Source: Pseudomonas sp. DNDY-54
Lineage (GTDB): Bacteria > Pseudomonadota > Gammaproteobacteria > Pseudomonadales > Pseudomonadaceae
Assembly (NCBI RefSeq): GCF_019880365.1
Contig: NZ_CP082271.1
Coordinates: 3,446,083-3,486,082 of the forward strand
Direction of reading: 5' to 3'
Length of the DNA stretch: 40,000 bases
Shown one piece after another: positions 9,539 through 18,911 of the stretch (position 1 is the first letter of the stretch; each line of letters begins with the position of its first letter). A program made the position numbers and the translations under genes. The notes below the pieces were generated by a model. It did no database searches, was not told the DNA's origin, and saw nothing but the letters and a program-made list of their open reading frames with translations.

Positions 9539-10474
9539 CTATTTGCGTTCGAAGGCGTAAAACAGGTTGGGCTCACTGACCAGATAGAGATCACCCCGAG
9601 TATCGAAGGTCATGCCCTCGGCCTGCGGTACGCTTTTCTTCAACCCGGCAAACCCGCTCCACAGCGAGCGGAAGCTGACGAGCCCGCCGTCCCCGTCCAG
9701 CTCCAGCATCATTTTTGCCTCGTCACTCAGCAGCACCAGGTGACCGGTGCGCTCGTCGTAATGCACCGATGCCAGATCGCTGGCCATGTCCTTATCTTCG
9801 ATCCAGGCCTCGCGGTCGATCACGTTCAGGTTGAGCTGCCCGTTGAGGCTGGCCTTGATGCCCTGAATCTCGTAGAGCTTGCGCGGCGAGTGCTCCTTGA
9901 CCACGAACAGCCGATCACCGGCGCGGTCGTAGCCAACCCCTTCGAAACCGGCATTATCCGCATCACCCAGCCCCAGCGTGACCGACGCATAATCCTCGCG
10001 CTGAAGTGCACCGGGTTTATCAGGTACAGGGAAGATCACCAGCGACTGGCTGCGCTCTTCGGTCACCGCCAGCAGGTTGTCACCCAGGTAGGTAATGCCC
10101 TCGACATCGCTGAAGCCCTTCAGGGGATAGCGTGCGAGGAAGTTGCCGTCCCGATCCAGCGCAACCAGCTGCTCGGGGTTGTTCACCACGGCCCAAAGAT
10201 GGTTACGCTGCTCATCGAATGTCAGCCCGGAAAGATTGTTGGACACCGTTGCCACCGGCATCGCATCGACCCGCACCTTGTACTCCGGCAGCCACAGGCT
10301 ACGCGCCTCCCAACGGTTTTCATGCCACGCCGATTGCAAGGAGTAGAACACCCGCTCATCCAGATGAAGGGTGGCGGCGGTATAGAACAAACCGGCGGCC
10401 AGCATGCCCAGCGCCCAGATTCGGGGGCGCGCCCCCGACAGCCACTGCGGCCGTGGATCGGTAACAATCGGCAT
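9539..10474 (-). CDS. SdiA-regulated/YjiK-family beta-propeller protein, N-terminally membrane anchored
   Basis: 311 aa. It has a TM anchor (IWALGMLAAGLFYTAATL), then LSGLTFDEQRNHLWAVVN..., VEGITYLG and FEGVGYD repeats resembling the SdiA-regulated family. Confidence 0.55.
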   Translation of the reverse strand: MPIVTDPRPQWLSGARPRIWALGMLAAGLFYTAATLHLDERVFYSLQSAWHENRWEARSLWLPEYKVRVDAMPVATVSNNLSGLTFDEQRNHLWAVVNNPEQLVALDRDGNFLARYPLKGFSDVEGITYLGDNLLAVTEERSQSLVIFPVPDKPGALQREDYASVTLGLGDADNAGFEGVGYDRAGDRLFVVKEHSPRKLYEIQGIKASLNGQLNLNVIDREAWIEDKDMASDLASVHYDERTGHLVLLSDEAKMMLELDGDGGLVSFRSLWSGFAGLKKSVPQAEGMTFDTRGDLYLVSEPNLFYAFERK

Positions 10475-10682
10475 CGTCTTTTCTCTTTAATTCGCTGACT
10501 GACAGACTGCTCGGGAAGGATTGCAATTGCATGACGACGCGCGACGGCATCATTTAGCCCAGTACAGACCCACCGCCGGAACGCGGGTTCAATCCGGCAT
10601 GGGAACTGCCGGACGGATTGATAGCCCAATGCCCCAGAAACGGCTGCGCTTGTAGCCTAGGACAGCCCGACAGGAGCGCAAC

Positions 10683-10976
10683 ATGCAGGTGGAAAGCTTT
10701 TTCGAATGGTTGGGCCAAGCGCTCGGTACGGTGATTCGCTACATCGTCGATGCGCTCAGCGGCTTCTTTGGTCTGTTTGCCGATGCCGGCGCCAACTTCC
10801 TCGAGGGGTTGTCACGGACCCTCGGCATGGACCGCTCATTGATCAGCCTGATCGCACTGGCGATCGGGCTGATGCTGCTAGTCGGCGCGTTCCGAGCGTT
10901 CTTTCGGCGCTCGTTCATCGCAGGCGTGATCTATCTCTTCCTCGGACTCTGGCTGTTGAGCTGGCTGATCCACTGA
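10683..10976 (+). CDS. Hypothetical small membrane protein
   Basis: 97-aa ORF with an ATG start preceded by caggag. Two C-terminal hydrophobic helices. No recognised domain. Confidence 0.45.
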   Translation: MQVESFFEWLGQALGTVIRYIVDALSGFFGLFADAGANFLEGLSRTLGMDRSLISLIALAIGLMLLVGAFRAFFRRSFIAGVIYLFLGLWLLSWLIH

Positions 10977-11073
10977 CCCACGCCTTCCACCCCACGCCCC
11001 CAGCCATCGCCCATCGCCTGGCTGCGCTCAGAACCTCGACGACGTATCATGCCGGGCTGCTCTGGAGCCCCTC

Positions 11074-12456
11074 ATGTCTCGGCTATTGACCGCCTGGCAG
11101 CACGTCCCGACCCATAAACGGGTATGGGCGCTGGCTGCACCGATGATCCTGTCCAACCTGTCCGTGCCGCTGGTGGCGCTGGTTGATAGCGCGGTGATCG
11201 GCCATCTACCCCATGCGCATCAGCTGGCGTCGGTGGCCGTGGGCGGCAGCCTGTATACCTTGCTGGTCTGGGTCATGGGTTTTCTGCGCATGGGCACCAC
11301 CGGTTTCGCCGCTCAGGCTGCCGGGCGCGAAGACGGTGGTGCGCTACGCCAGGTATTGTTGCAGGGGCTGCTGCTGGCGCTGGGATTCGCTCTGCTGTTG
11401 AGCGTCACGGCGCAACCACTCAAGGGCTTTGCGTTGCAATTGATGCAACCTTCAGCCGAACTGGACAGCCTCACGCAAGCGTACTTCCACACGCGTCTGT
11501 TCGGCCTCCCCGCCGCATTGGCCAGCCTGGCGCTGATCGGCTGGTTCCTCGGCACCCAGAACGCCCGGGCCCCGCTGGCCATTCTGCTGACCACCAATCT
11601 GATCAACGTCGCCCTGGACCTGTGGTTCGTCATCGGCCTGGAATGGGGCGTGGCCGGAGCCGCACGCGCCTCGGTGATTGCCGAATGGAGCGGCGTGCTG
11701 GTCGGCTTGGCACTGACTCGCGGTGCCTTGCTGCGTTATCCCGGCCGGTTGAACGGCCAGGCCATGCGCCGTTGGGCCAGCTGGAAACCACTGATGTCGG
11801 TCAATCGCGATATCTTCCTGCGCTCGCTGGCGCTGCAACTGGTGTTCTTTTTAGTGACCGTACAAGGCACACGCCTCGGCGATGCGACGGTCGCCGCCAA
11901 TGCGCTGCTGCTCAACGGCCTGATGCTCACCGCCCATGCACTGGACGGCCTGGCCCATGCAGTGGAAGCGCTGAGCGGCCATGCCATTGGCGCGCAGAAC
12001 CGCACCGAGTTGCGCCGGATCCTCACCGTCGCCGGCGGCTGGTCCTTACTGGCGAGCCTGGCGTTCGGGCTGTTTTTCCTGCTCGGTGGCGAGCTGTTCA
12101 TCAGCCTGCAGACCGATATCCCGTCGGTTCGCGACACCGCCCTCACCTATTTGCCCTACCTCGCGGCGCTGCCGCTTGTTGCAGTCTGGAGTTATTTGCT
12201 CGATGGCCTGTTCATCGGCGCTACCCGCGCGCGGGAAATGCGAAACGCCATGCTGCTTGCCGTGTTGATTTCGCTACCATTGGGCTGGCTGTTGCGCGGG
12301 ATGGGCAATCATGGATTGTGGTTGGCCTTTCTCGCCTTCATGCTCCTGCGGGGCGTCTGCCTGGGCAGCATCGCCCGGAGACTGCAACGCGAGAAGCGAT
12401 GGTTCGCATCGAGCCATACGGCACCCAGCCATGAGCAAGATGCTGCTGCAACCTAA
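11074..12456 (+). CDS. dinF: MATE-family efflux transporter, DinF subfamily
   Basis: 460 aa with about 12 TM segments. The N-terminus ...ALAAPMILSNLSVPLVALVDSAVIGHL resembles E. coli DinF. I see no CTGT-N8-ACAG LexA box upstream. Confidence 0.7.
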   Translation: MSRLLTAWQHVPTHKRVWALAAPMILSNLSVPLVALVDSAVIGHLPHAHQLASVAVGGSLYTLLVWVMGFLRMGTTGFAAQAAGREDGGALRQVLLQGLLLALGFALLLSVTAQPLKGFALQLMQPSAELDSLTQAYFHTRLFGLPAALASLALIGWFLGTQNARAPLAILLTTNLINVALDLWFVIGLEWGVAGAARASVIAEWSGVLVGLALTRGALLRYPGRLNGQAMRRWASWKPLMSVNRDIFLRSLALQLVFFLVTVQGTRLGDATVAANALLLNGLMLTAHALDGLAHAVEALSGHAIGAQNRTELRRILTVAGGWSLLASLAFGLFFLLGGELFISLQTDIPSVRDTALTYLPYLAALPLVAVWSYLLDGLFIGATRAREMRNAMLLAVLISLPLGWLLRGMGNHGLWLAFLAFMLLRGVCLGSIARRLQREKRWFASSHTAPSHEQDAAAT

Positions 12457-12473
12457 CCTAAGGATCATGAAAA

Positions 12474-12932
12474 ATGGCCTATGCCGTCGCCGCCTACCTG
12501 CACTTCGTGGCGATCTTTTTGCTGTTTTCCCTGCTGGTGCTCGAACATCAACTGTTTCGTCTGCCGCTGAACTTCAAGCGGGCACGTAGCCTGTTCCGGG
12601 TCGATCTGGCCTTCGGCATCGCTGCCGGCTTGGTGCTCATCACCGGCGCGGCGCGCGCCATGCGCTACGGCAAAGGCCTGGATTACTACCTGAACAACAG
12701 CTTTTTCCACGCCAAGGTCGGGTTGTTCGTAGTTGTCGCGCTGATGTCGATCTACCCCACCGTCACCTTTCTCAAATGGCGCCCGGCGCTAAAGGCGGGC
12801 GAGGTCCCCACTATCAGTCCGGCCCATGCACGCGGCGTCAAGCTGGTCATTCGGATAGAGCTGCTCGCACTGCTGATGCTTCCCCTGCTGGCCGCACTGA
12901 TGGCGCGAGGACTCGGCGTGATTCCGCAGTGA
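12474..12932 (+). CDS. DUF2214-family membrane protein
   Basis: 152 aa with 4 hydrophobic segments. It begins MAYAVAAYLHFVAIFLLF. Family assignment is from memory. Confidence 0.5.
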   Translation: MAYAVAAYLHFVAIFLLFSLLVLEHQLFRLPLNFKRARSLFRVDLAFGIAAGLVLITGAARAMRYGKGLDYYLNNSFFHAKVGLFVVVALMSIYPTVTFLKWRPALKAGEVPTISPAHARGVKLVIRIELLALLMLPLLAALMARGLGVIPQ

Positions 12933-13092
12933 CGCGAGATCGCATTTGACTGCAACGCCGGTCGGCCCGGCAGCGCAGGCGACTCGGCCGTGCACCCTGT
13001 ATGTAGAAGGGAAACGATCACAACCAACGGCAGTCGACTAACAGGACCGCGGCGTACCCGCAAACCGTCCGCCTAGCACCGGAGCCGAGCCT

Positions 13093-14199
13093 ATGACCGA
13101 TCGCCTGAGCATTACGCCCCTTCCCTTCGACCCCACCTACGAACAGGTTCCTGATGACGAAGCCGAGACCATCTCCGGCCTCATTCAGGCCATGCGCGAC
13201 ATCACCGAGACGACCTTCGCCCACAGCGGCCATGCGATCCGCAGCGTGCACGCCAAGAGTCATGGCTTGCTGCAGGGCGAGATCGAAGTAAGGGACGATT
13301 TGCCGCCGGAGTTGGCGCAGGGCGCGTTTGCCAAGGCGGGGCGGATGCCGGTGGTGATGCGGTTTTCGACCAACCCCGGCGACATCCTCGATGACAAGGT
13401 GTCGACCCCGCGCGGGCTGGCGATCAAGCTGATTGGCGTCGAAGGTGAGCGGCTGCCCAACAGCGGTGGCCAGGTGACCCAGGACTTCGTCATGGTCAAC
13501 GCGCCGGCTTTCCTTGCGCCGACACCCAAGGACTTTCTCAAGTCTGTGAAGCTGATTGCCAAGACCACCGACCGTGCGCCCCGGGCCAAACAGGTGCTTT
13601 CCGCCGCCCTGCGGGGTGCAGAAGGCCTGCTCGAGAAAGCGGGAGGCGAGAGCCCGACGCTCAAAGGCATGGGCGGCCATCCCATGACCAATCTGCTGGG
13701 CGAAACCTATTACAGCGTGGTCCCGATCCTCTACGGGCGCTATTTCGCCAAGCTGGCGCTGGTGCCGGTCTCTCCCGAGCTGAAAGCGCTGACAGACAAG
13801 GCCGTCGACCTGAGCGACAAGCCGAACGGACTGCGCGACGCGGTCACCGAGCACTTCTCGAAGCACGGCGGGACGTGGGAGCTGCGCGTTCAGCTGGCAA
13901 CCGATATCGACAAGATGCCCATCGAAGACGCGAGCGTGGCCTGGCCAGAAGACCTCAGCCCTTACGTCACGGTGGCGCGGATCGACGTCCAACCGCAAAC
14001 GGCCTGGAGCGAGGCGCGGGCCAAGCGGGTCGACGACGAGATGTCCTTCAGCCCGTGGCATGGGCTCGCAGCGCACCGCCCACTCGGCGGCATCATGCGC
14101 TCGCGAAAGCCGGCCTATGAAATGTCGTCGGAATTCCGCGCGCGTCATAACGGCTGCCCGATGCATGAACCGAGCAGCCTCGACCGACTACCTGACTGA
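13093..14199 (+). CDS. Catalase-related (mini-catalase / haem-binding catalase-core family) protein
   Basis: 368 aa. The blocks RSVHAKSHGLL...VVMRFSTNPG...STPRGLAIKL resemble the catalase core distal-His region. It is shorter than canonical catalases. Confidence 0.6.
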   Translation: MTDRLSITPLPFDPTYEQVPDDEAETISGLIQAMRDITETTFAHSGHAIRSVHAKSHGLLQGEIEVRDDLPPELAQGAFAKAGRMPVVMRFSTNPGDILDDKVSTPRGLAIKLIGVEGERLPNSGGQVTQDFVMVNAPAFLAPTPKDFLKSVKLIAKTTDRAPRAKQVLSAALRGAEGLLEKAGGESPTLKGMGGHPMTNLLGETYYSVVPILYGRYFAKLALVPVSPELKALTDKAVDLSDKPNGLRDAVTEHFSKHGGTWELRVQLATDIDKMPIEDASVAWPEDLSPYVTVARIDVQPQTAWSEARAKRVDDEMSFSPWHGLAAHRPLGGIMRSRKPAYEMSSEFRARHNGCPMHEPSSLDRLPD

Positions 14200-14222
14200 C
14201 TGCCACCAAGCTGTCACCGCAA

Positions 14223-14246
14223 GCGCCCCGGGTTATGCCGGGGCGC
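14223..14246. terminator. GC-rich hairpin between convergent genes (possible bidirectional terminator)
   Basis: gcgccccgg (14223-14231), loop gttatg, ccggggcgc (14238-14246). There is no clear U-tract on either strand. Confidence 0.35.
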
Positions 14247-14251
14247 ATTCC

Positions 14252-15664
14252 TCAACGCCAGATGTTGTTGTTGATCTTGGCCTTCAGCTCAGGGTAATCC
14301 GCCGCCTTGAACGTCGGCACTTCGCCTGCCTTGATCTGCGCCATGTAGTCCTTAGTGAGCTTCACCACCGTGCCCGAAAGCAGCGTAATGGCGATCAGGT
14401 TGATCGTTGCCATCAGCCCCATCGACGCATCCGCTGCGTTGAATACCGTCGTCACCGCCTCGTAAGCGCCCCAGATAACCATTCCGAGCGCGGCCAGGCG
14501 CAGCAAGGTAAGCCCGAGCTTGTTGCCCGCGCCGAGGAAAATCAGCGCGTTCTCGGCGTAGGAATAGTTGGCGACGATGGAGGTGAAGGCGAAGAACAGG
14601 ATCGCGATAGCAATGAAGTACGTCCCGGCCACGCCAATGTGGCTTTCCATCGCCTGCTGTGTGAGCTGCGTGCCGGTTACGCCCGAGCCCGGCTCAAGCA
14701 CGCCCGAGAGCAGAATCATCACCGCCGTAGCGGTGCAGATCACGATGGTATCGATGAACACGCCCATCGCCTGCACCAGCCCCTGCGACGACGGGTGATG
14801 CGGCGCGGGGGTCGCGGTTGCCGCCACGTTGGGCGCCGAGCCCATCCCCGCCTCGTTCGAGAACAACCCACGCTTGATGCCGTTGAGCATCGCCGCGGTC
14901 ACCGAGCCAGCAACGCCCCCGGCCGCCTCTTCCAGCCCGAAGGCGCTACGGAGGATGGTCATCAGTACGCCTGGCACTTCGGTGATATTGATCGCTAGCA
15001 CGATCAGCGCCATGAGCACGTAAAGACCGGCCATCAACGGCACCACCAACTCAGCGAACCGAGCAATCGAACGCAGTCCGCCAAAAATCACCATCCCCGC
15101 GAGAATAGCGATGGCGATACCCACCCACAGTTTGGGTATACCGAACGCGCCTTCCATCGCATCAGCAATCGAGTTGGCTTGCACGGCGTTGAACACCAGC
15201 CCGAACGAAATGATCAGCGCGACGGAGAACACGCCGCCGGCCCACGGTGCCTTCAGGCCCTTCGCGATGTAGAACGCCGGACCGCCCCGGTACTGCCCCT
15301 CGCCATCGCGCACCTTGTACAACTGCGCGAGCGAACTCTCCGCGTAGGCCGTCGCCATGCCGACCAATGCCACCACCCACATCCAGAAAATCGCGCCGGC
15401 GCCGCCCAGATACAGCGCAACCGCAACACCGGCCAGGTTGCCGGTACCGACCCTCGACGCGAGGCTGGTACACAGCGCCTGAAACGGCGAGATGCCGGAC
15501 GCGTCGCTCTGCCGCGCCCCTCTGATCGCCCGAACCATTTCGCCAAAATGCAGAAACTGCAGAAAGCCCAGGCGAATAGTGAAGAACACGCCCACCGCCA
15601 GCAGGCCGTAGATAAGGACGTAGCCCCAGAAGATGGTGTTGAGGAAGTCGATGATTGCGGTCAT
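14252..15664 (-). CDS. Alanine/glycine:cation symporter (AGCS family)
   Basis: 470 aa, polytopic. The motifs GNLAGVAVALYLGGAGAIFWMW and GLFSNEAGMGSAP are characteristic of sodium:alanine symporters. Confidence 0.85.
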   Translation of the reverse strand: MTAIIDFLNTIFWGYVLIYGLLAVGVFFTIRLGFLQFLHFGEMVRAIRGARQSDASGISPFQALCTSLASRVGTGNLAGVAVALYLGGAGAIFWMWVVALVGMATAYAESSLAQLYKVRDGEGQYRGGPAFYIAKGLKAPWAGGVFSVALIISFGLVFNAVQANSIADAMEGAFGIPKLWVGIAIAILAGMVIFGGLRSIARFAELVVPLMAGLYVLMALIVLAINITEVPGVLMTILRSAFGLEEAAGGVAGSVTAAMLNGIKRGLFSNEAGMGSAPNVAATATPAPHHPSSQGLVQAMGVFIDTIVICTATAVMILLSGVLEPGSGVTGTQLTQQAMESHIGVAGTYFIAIAILFFAFTSIVANYSYAENALIFLGAGNKLGLTLLRLAALGMVIWGAYEAVTTVFNAADASMGLMATINLIAITLLSGTVVKLTKDYMAQIKAGEVPTFKAADYPELKAKINNNIWR

Positions 15665-15867
15665 GTAGGCGCCTTTTCGTGAGGGACGTAAGGGTACTGC
15701 TTACTCTAGCCGCTAAGCTGGCCTGCACCAGCCGTAGCGCGTCTAGCAGACTGTGAACGCAATCTCCGAACCGACTCGGTCACGAGGGTTCAATCGAAAC
15801 GGCCGCCCTATGGCACCGTGACGGCGACTGGCGTTATGGTCAGCACATCACCCTCCAAGGACGAACC

Positions 15868-16698
15868 ATGGCCGCGAAGCCCAGCAACACCCGTCAGCAG
15901 ATCCATCTCGCCGTCCTCATCGACGCCGACAATGCCCCCGCCGCCATCGTCGAAGGCTTGTTCGAGGAAATTGCCAAATACGGCGTCGCCAGCGTCAAGC
16001 GCATCTACGGCGATTGGACCAAGCCCAACCTGGGCAGCTGGAAGAAAGTGCTGCTCGACTATTCCATCCAGCCGATTCAGCAATTCGCTTACACCTCCGG
16101 CAAGAACGCGACCGACAGCTCATTGATCATCGACGCCATGGACTTGCTCTACACCCGGCGTTTCGACGGCTTTTGCCTGGTCTCGAGCGATAGCGATTTC
16201 ACCCGTCTGGCCGCACGTATTCGCGAAGAAGGCCTCACTGTTTACGGCTTCGGCGAGCAAAAAACGCCGTCGCCCTTCGTCTCCGCCTGCGACAAGTTCA
16301 TCTACACCGAAATCCTCCGCGCGGACGCACCCAAGACCTCGCAGGAACCGCCCAGCAACGGCGACAAGACGCCCGCCTCCGCGCCGGTAGAGAAAGCCGA
16401 GGACGAGACGAAGGCCACCGACAAGCCCGCCGAAGTCAAAGCCCAGAAAGTCCCGGTGGATTTCATCGCCAAGGTACTGAGCGACATAGCGGACGACGAA
16501 GACGACTGGGTCCACCTCGGAGAGCTAGGCTCCAACGTCAGCAAACTCCGGCCCGCCTTCGACCCGCGGCTGTACGGTTTCAAGAAACTCAGCGACCTGA
16601 TCAAATCCCAACCCAAACGCTTCGAGCTTGAAGCCCGCGGCACCACATCGAGCGGCGGCAAGGCGCTTTATGCGCGCAATATCAAAGCGGCCAGATAG
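15868..16698 (+). CDS. NYN-domain (LabA/DUF88-like) predicted RNase with a C-terminal OST-HTH/LOTUS-like domain
   Basis: 276 aa. NYN blocks are present: LAVLIDADN, ...GKNATDSSLIIDAMDLLY..., and FCLVSSDSDFTRLAARIRE.G..VYGFG. An acidic linker follows, then a C-terminal W..LGELGS...P.FDPRLYGFKKLSDL segment. Confidence 0.7.
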   Translation: MAAKPSNTRQQIHLAVLIDADNAPAAIVEGLFEEIAKYGVASVKRIYGDWTKPNLGSWKKVLLDYSIQPIQQFAYTSGKNATDSSLIIDAMDLLYTRRFDGFCLVSSDSDFTRLAARIREEGLTVYGFGEQKTPSPFVSACDKFIYTEILRADAPKTSQEPPSNGDKTPASAPVEKAEDETKATDKPAEVKAQKVPVDFIAKVLSDIADDEDDWVHLGELGSNVSKLRPAFDPRLYGFKKLSDLIKSQPKRFELEARGTTSSGGKALYARNIKAAR

Positions 16699-16814
16699 CG
16701 AGACGGCGCGACGCGAAATGCTGTGCCCATCATTTTGCAATCAATCCATACGACGAGAATCGAACCCACACCCCTCGAACCCTTCTAAGCAGGCATCGAC
16801 TCTAGGAGGTTCAC

Positions 16815-17321
16815 ATGACCAAGCCACTGCTCACCGCCCTCGGCTTCGCACTTTGCGCGCCCGTTGCCTTTGCTCAGACGCCCAAGCCAGAGGTGATCAC
16901 CCACCTGAACGGCCTGGATATCGAAATCAGCGCCATGGGCGTCCCGACCTCCACCACCGCAGCGGGGGGCGAGTTGGTCGGGATTAGGGCTGTGAAGGTC
17001 ATGAACAAGACCGGAGAGACCGTGACGTGCGAATTTCACGTACCCGATGAGGCCCGGGCTGATACTTCCGCACCGCCGGTGTTTACCGTGACGCCGAATA
17101 CACAACGAGTCGAACGCGTACCGGGCGACTATTCGCCTGATGAGCCGTTCGCCGAGCTGACCTGCCGTGGCGCGTCGCAAAGCGTGGGTAGTTCCACTGC
17201 CGCGCCCTCAAGCGAACCCGCCGCTGAGCCGGCCGCCGCGCCGACACCAAATACCGCCCCCGCGACAACGCCCGCCGACGAGCCGACACGTACACGCAAC
17301 GCATCCGATCGCGATCGTTAA
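16815..17321 (+). CDS. Hypothetical secreted protein with a Pro/Ala/Thr-rich tail
   Basis: 168 aa. The signal peptide is MTKPLLTALGFALCAPVAFAQ, preceded by an aggagg RBS. The C-terminus is low complexity. Confidence 0.5.
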   Translation: MTKPLLTALGFALCAPVAFAQTPKPEVITHLNGLDIEISAMGVPTSTTAAGGELVGIRAVKVMNKTGETVTCEFHVPDEARADTSAPPVFTVTPNTQRVERVPGDYSPDEPFAELTCRGASQSVGSSTAAPSSEPAAEPAAAPTPNTAPATTPADEPTRTRNASDRDR

Positions 17322-17574
17322 GCCGGTTATCCTGCGGGCGCCTGGACTTACCCAGCCGCCCGCGTGCGCTGCGGGCGAAATGCGCTGAGGCGGCCCGAGC
17401 AGCTCCCGGCGGTCACCCCGGGAAGCGCATCAACCAATTTTCCCGATGCCGCTGAATCGCTTCACCCCGCGCCCTGCACCTCGGGGCCCGCTTTAGGGCC
17501 GCGGTATGGTTGAACGCAATTACTTCGATTAACGGTGATCCGCGGGCACGACAGACCTGACCGCAACGACAGCC

Positions 17575-18540
17575 CTACATCCGATCCAGCGGGCTTAGCA
17601 CCGCAAGACCGCCCCGATTGAGCACATGGGTGTAGATCATCGTTGTCTTCACATCCGCATGCCCAAGCAGTTCCTGGACAGTGCGAATGTCCTGCCCGCT
17701 TTCCAACAAATGAGTGGCGAAACTGTGCCGCAGGGTATGAGGCGTCGCCAACTTTGCGAGCCCTGACGCCTTAACCGCTCGCTTGAACGCGCGTTGCACG
17801 CGTTTCTCGTCCAGATGATGCCGACGCACCGACCCGCTGCGCGGGTCGACTGACAAGCCCGCCGCCGGAAAGACATATTGCCAAGCCCACTCAAACGGTG
17901 CGCCGGGATACTTCCGCGCCAAGGCATCCGGCAGATAGACGTCGCCCCTTCCCTCGGCCAGCTCGAACTGATGAATGGCTCGCACCCGCGCGATATGTTG
18001 CCTGAGCGGTAATGCCAAGCTTGTCGGCATTACCGTGACGCGATCCTTCTGACCCTTGCCGTCGCGGATGATGATTTCCTTTCGCGAGAAATCCACATCC
18101 TTGACCCTAAGCCGTACGCCCTCCATCAAACGAAGACCCCCGCCATACAAAAGTCGCGCGATGAGCCCGACGTCTCCATCAAGCTGTCCGAGGATCTGCT
18201 GTACCTCGCTAATGGAGAGCACAACCGGCAACCGAGCCGGTTTCTTGGCACGGACTACCTCGCCCAACCAGGGTAAATCCTGCTTGAGCACCTGTTTATA
18301 AAGAAACAATAACGCGGCCAGTGCCTGATTCTGCGTGGAGGCCGACACATCACGGCGAACCGCCAGATCAGAAAGAAACGCTTCGACGTCCGGAGCGCCC
18401 ATTTCCATTGGGTGGCGATAATTGTGAAACCGTACGTAGCGCTTGATCCATTCGCAATAGACGCGCTCAGTTCTGATCGAGTAGTGTTTCAGCCTGATCT
18501 GGTCGCGGACTTGATCGAGTAAACGCGGCTTTCCATCCAT
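17575..18540 (-). CDS. intI: Integron integrase (tyrosine recombinase, IntI family), apparently intact
   Basis: ATG at 18540 (cat at 18538-18540) with a GGGAG SD 8 nt upstream. The longer 18630 start in the ORF track would run through attI-side motifs. The catalytic set is visible: GLRLME (Arg), [12 protein letters not shown] (His-x-x-Arg) and TTMIYTHV (Tyr). The IntI-specific insertion [21 protein letters not shown]...RRHHL is present. Confidence 0.9.
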   Translation of the reverse strand: MDGKPRLLDQVRDQIRLKHYSIRTERVYCEWIKRYVRFHNYRHPMEMGAPDVEAFLSDLAVRRDVSASTQNQALAALLFLYKQVLKQDLPWLGEVVRAKKPARLPVVLSISEVQQILGQLDGDVGLIARLLYGGGLRLMEGVRLRVKDVDFSRKEIIIRDGKGQKDRVTVMPTSLALPLRQHIARVRAIHQFELAEGRGDVYLPDALARKYPGAPFEWAWQYVFPAAGLSVDPRSGSVRRHHLDEKRVQRAFKRAVKASGLAKLATPHTLRHSFATHLLESGQDIRTVQELLGHADVKTTMIYTHVLNRGGLAVLSPLDRM

Positions 18541-18584
18541 GGTGTATAACTCCCTTATACATTCATCCTTCCTCGGAACCGCCC

Positions 18585-18613
18585 AGACTAGACAAGGAGG
18601 TCGAAGATGACAA
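18585..18613 (-). promoter_or_regulatory. Candidate intI promoter (TTGTCA-17 bp-TAGTCT on the minus strand)
   Basis: Read on the reverse strand, the -35 TTGTCA is the complement of 18608-18613 and the -10 TAGTCT is the complement of 18585-18590. The -10 is weak. This is sequence inspection only. Confidence 0.2.
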
Positions 18614-18616
18614 GGA

Positions 18617-18678
18617 ATGTTATACACCACGCCCGTTCGGCGTCTTATACACCACTTGGTGTCTAATTATAGTTAGGC
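18617..18678 (+). other. attI recombination site with its crossover core
   Basis: Direct repeats TTATACACCAC occur at 18620-18630 and 18645-18655. An inverted copy, GGTGTCTAA, lies at 18658-18666, followed by the core GTTAGGC at 18672-18678. The first cassette's attC inverse core GCCTAAC (18912-18918) is complementary to this core. Confidence 0.8.
18646..18673 (+). promoter_or_regulatory. Candidate cassette promoter (TATACA-16 bp-TATAGT) overlapping attI
   Basis: -35-like TATACA at 18646-18651 and -10-like TATAGT at 18668-18673, oriented into the array. By-eye match only. Confidence 0.2.
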
Positions 18679-18911
18679 GTCATTTTCGTTTAAGGCTCGT
18701 GCATACATGGAAGTTTGTTTCGCCGCCGCCCGTTACTCTTTCAATACGCATCCGTCGCATTGCCCGCTAGCGCGTCGTTTGCGCGCTTTGGCTCCGAGTC
18801 CGGCAACAAGGAGCATGCAGCGGTGTGAATCAGTCAGCACGTATTGGTTTGAACGTTCGAATCCACTCAGCCATTCGCGGTATCAGCCAGCGAGGCCCGC
18901 TATGCTCCGCT

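Noticed and set aside
15665-15867. Possible glycine riboswitch upstream of the alanine/glycine symporter
   Set aside because: The reverse-complement leader shows none of the conserved glycine-riboswitch blocks that I know (GGAGAG...CACCG...CTCAGGC).
17575-18630. Longer 351-aa version of intI starting at 18630
   Set aside because: The 30-aa extension overlaps attI-side repeat motifs and has no SD. The ATG at 18540 has a GGGAG SD and gives a typical IntI N-terminus ([13 protein letters not shown]...).
18541-18700. Search for a LexA (SOS) box upstream of intI, and likewise upstream of the DinF-type gene at 10977-11073
   Set aside because: There is no CTGT-N8-ACAG in either region. The TGTATAA...TTATACA inverted repeat at 18542-18562 has the wrong spacing for LexA and matches the attI repeat motif instead.
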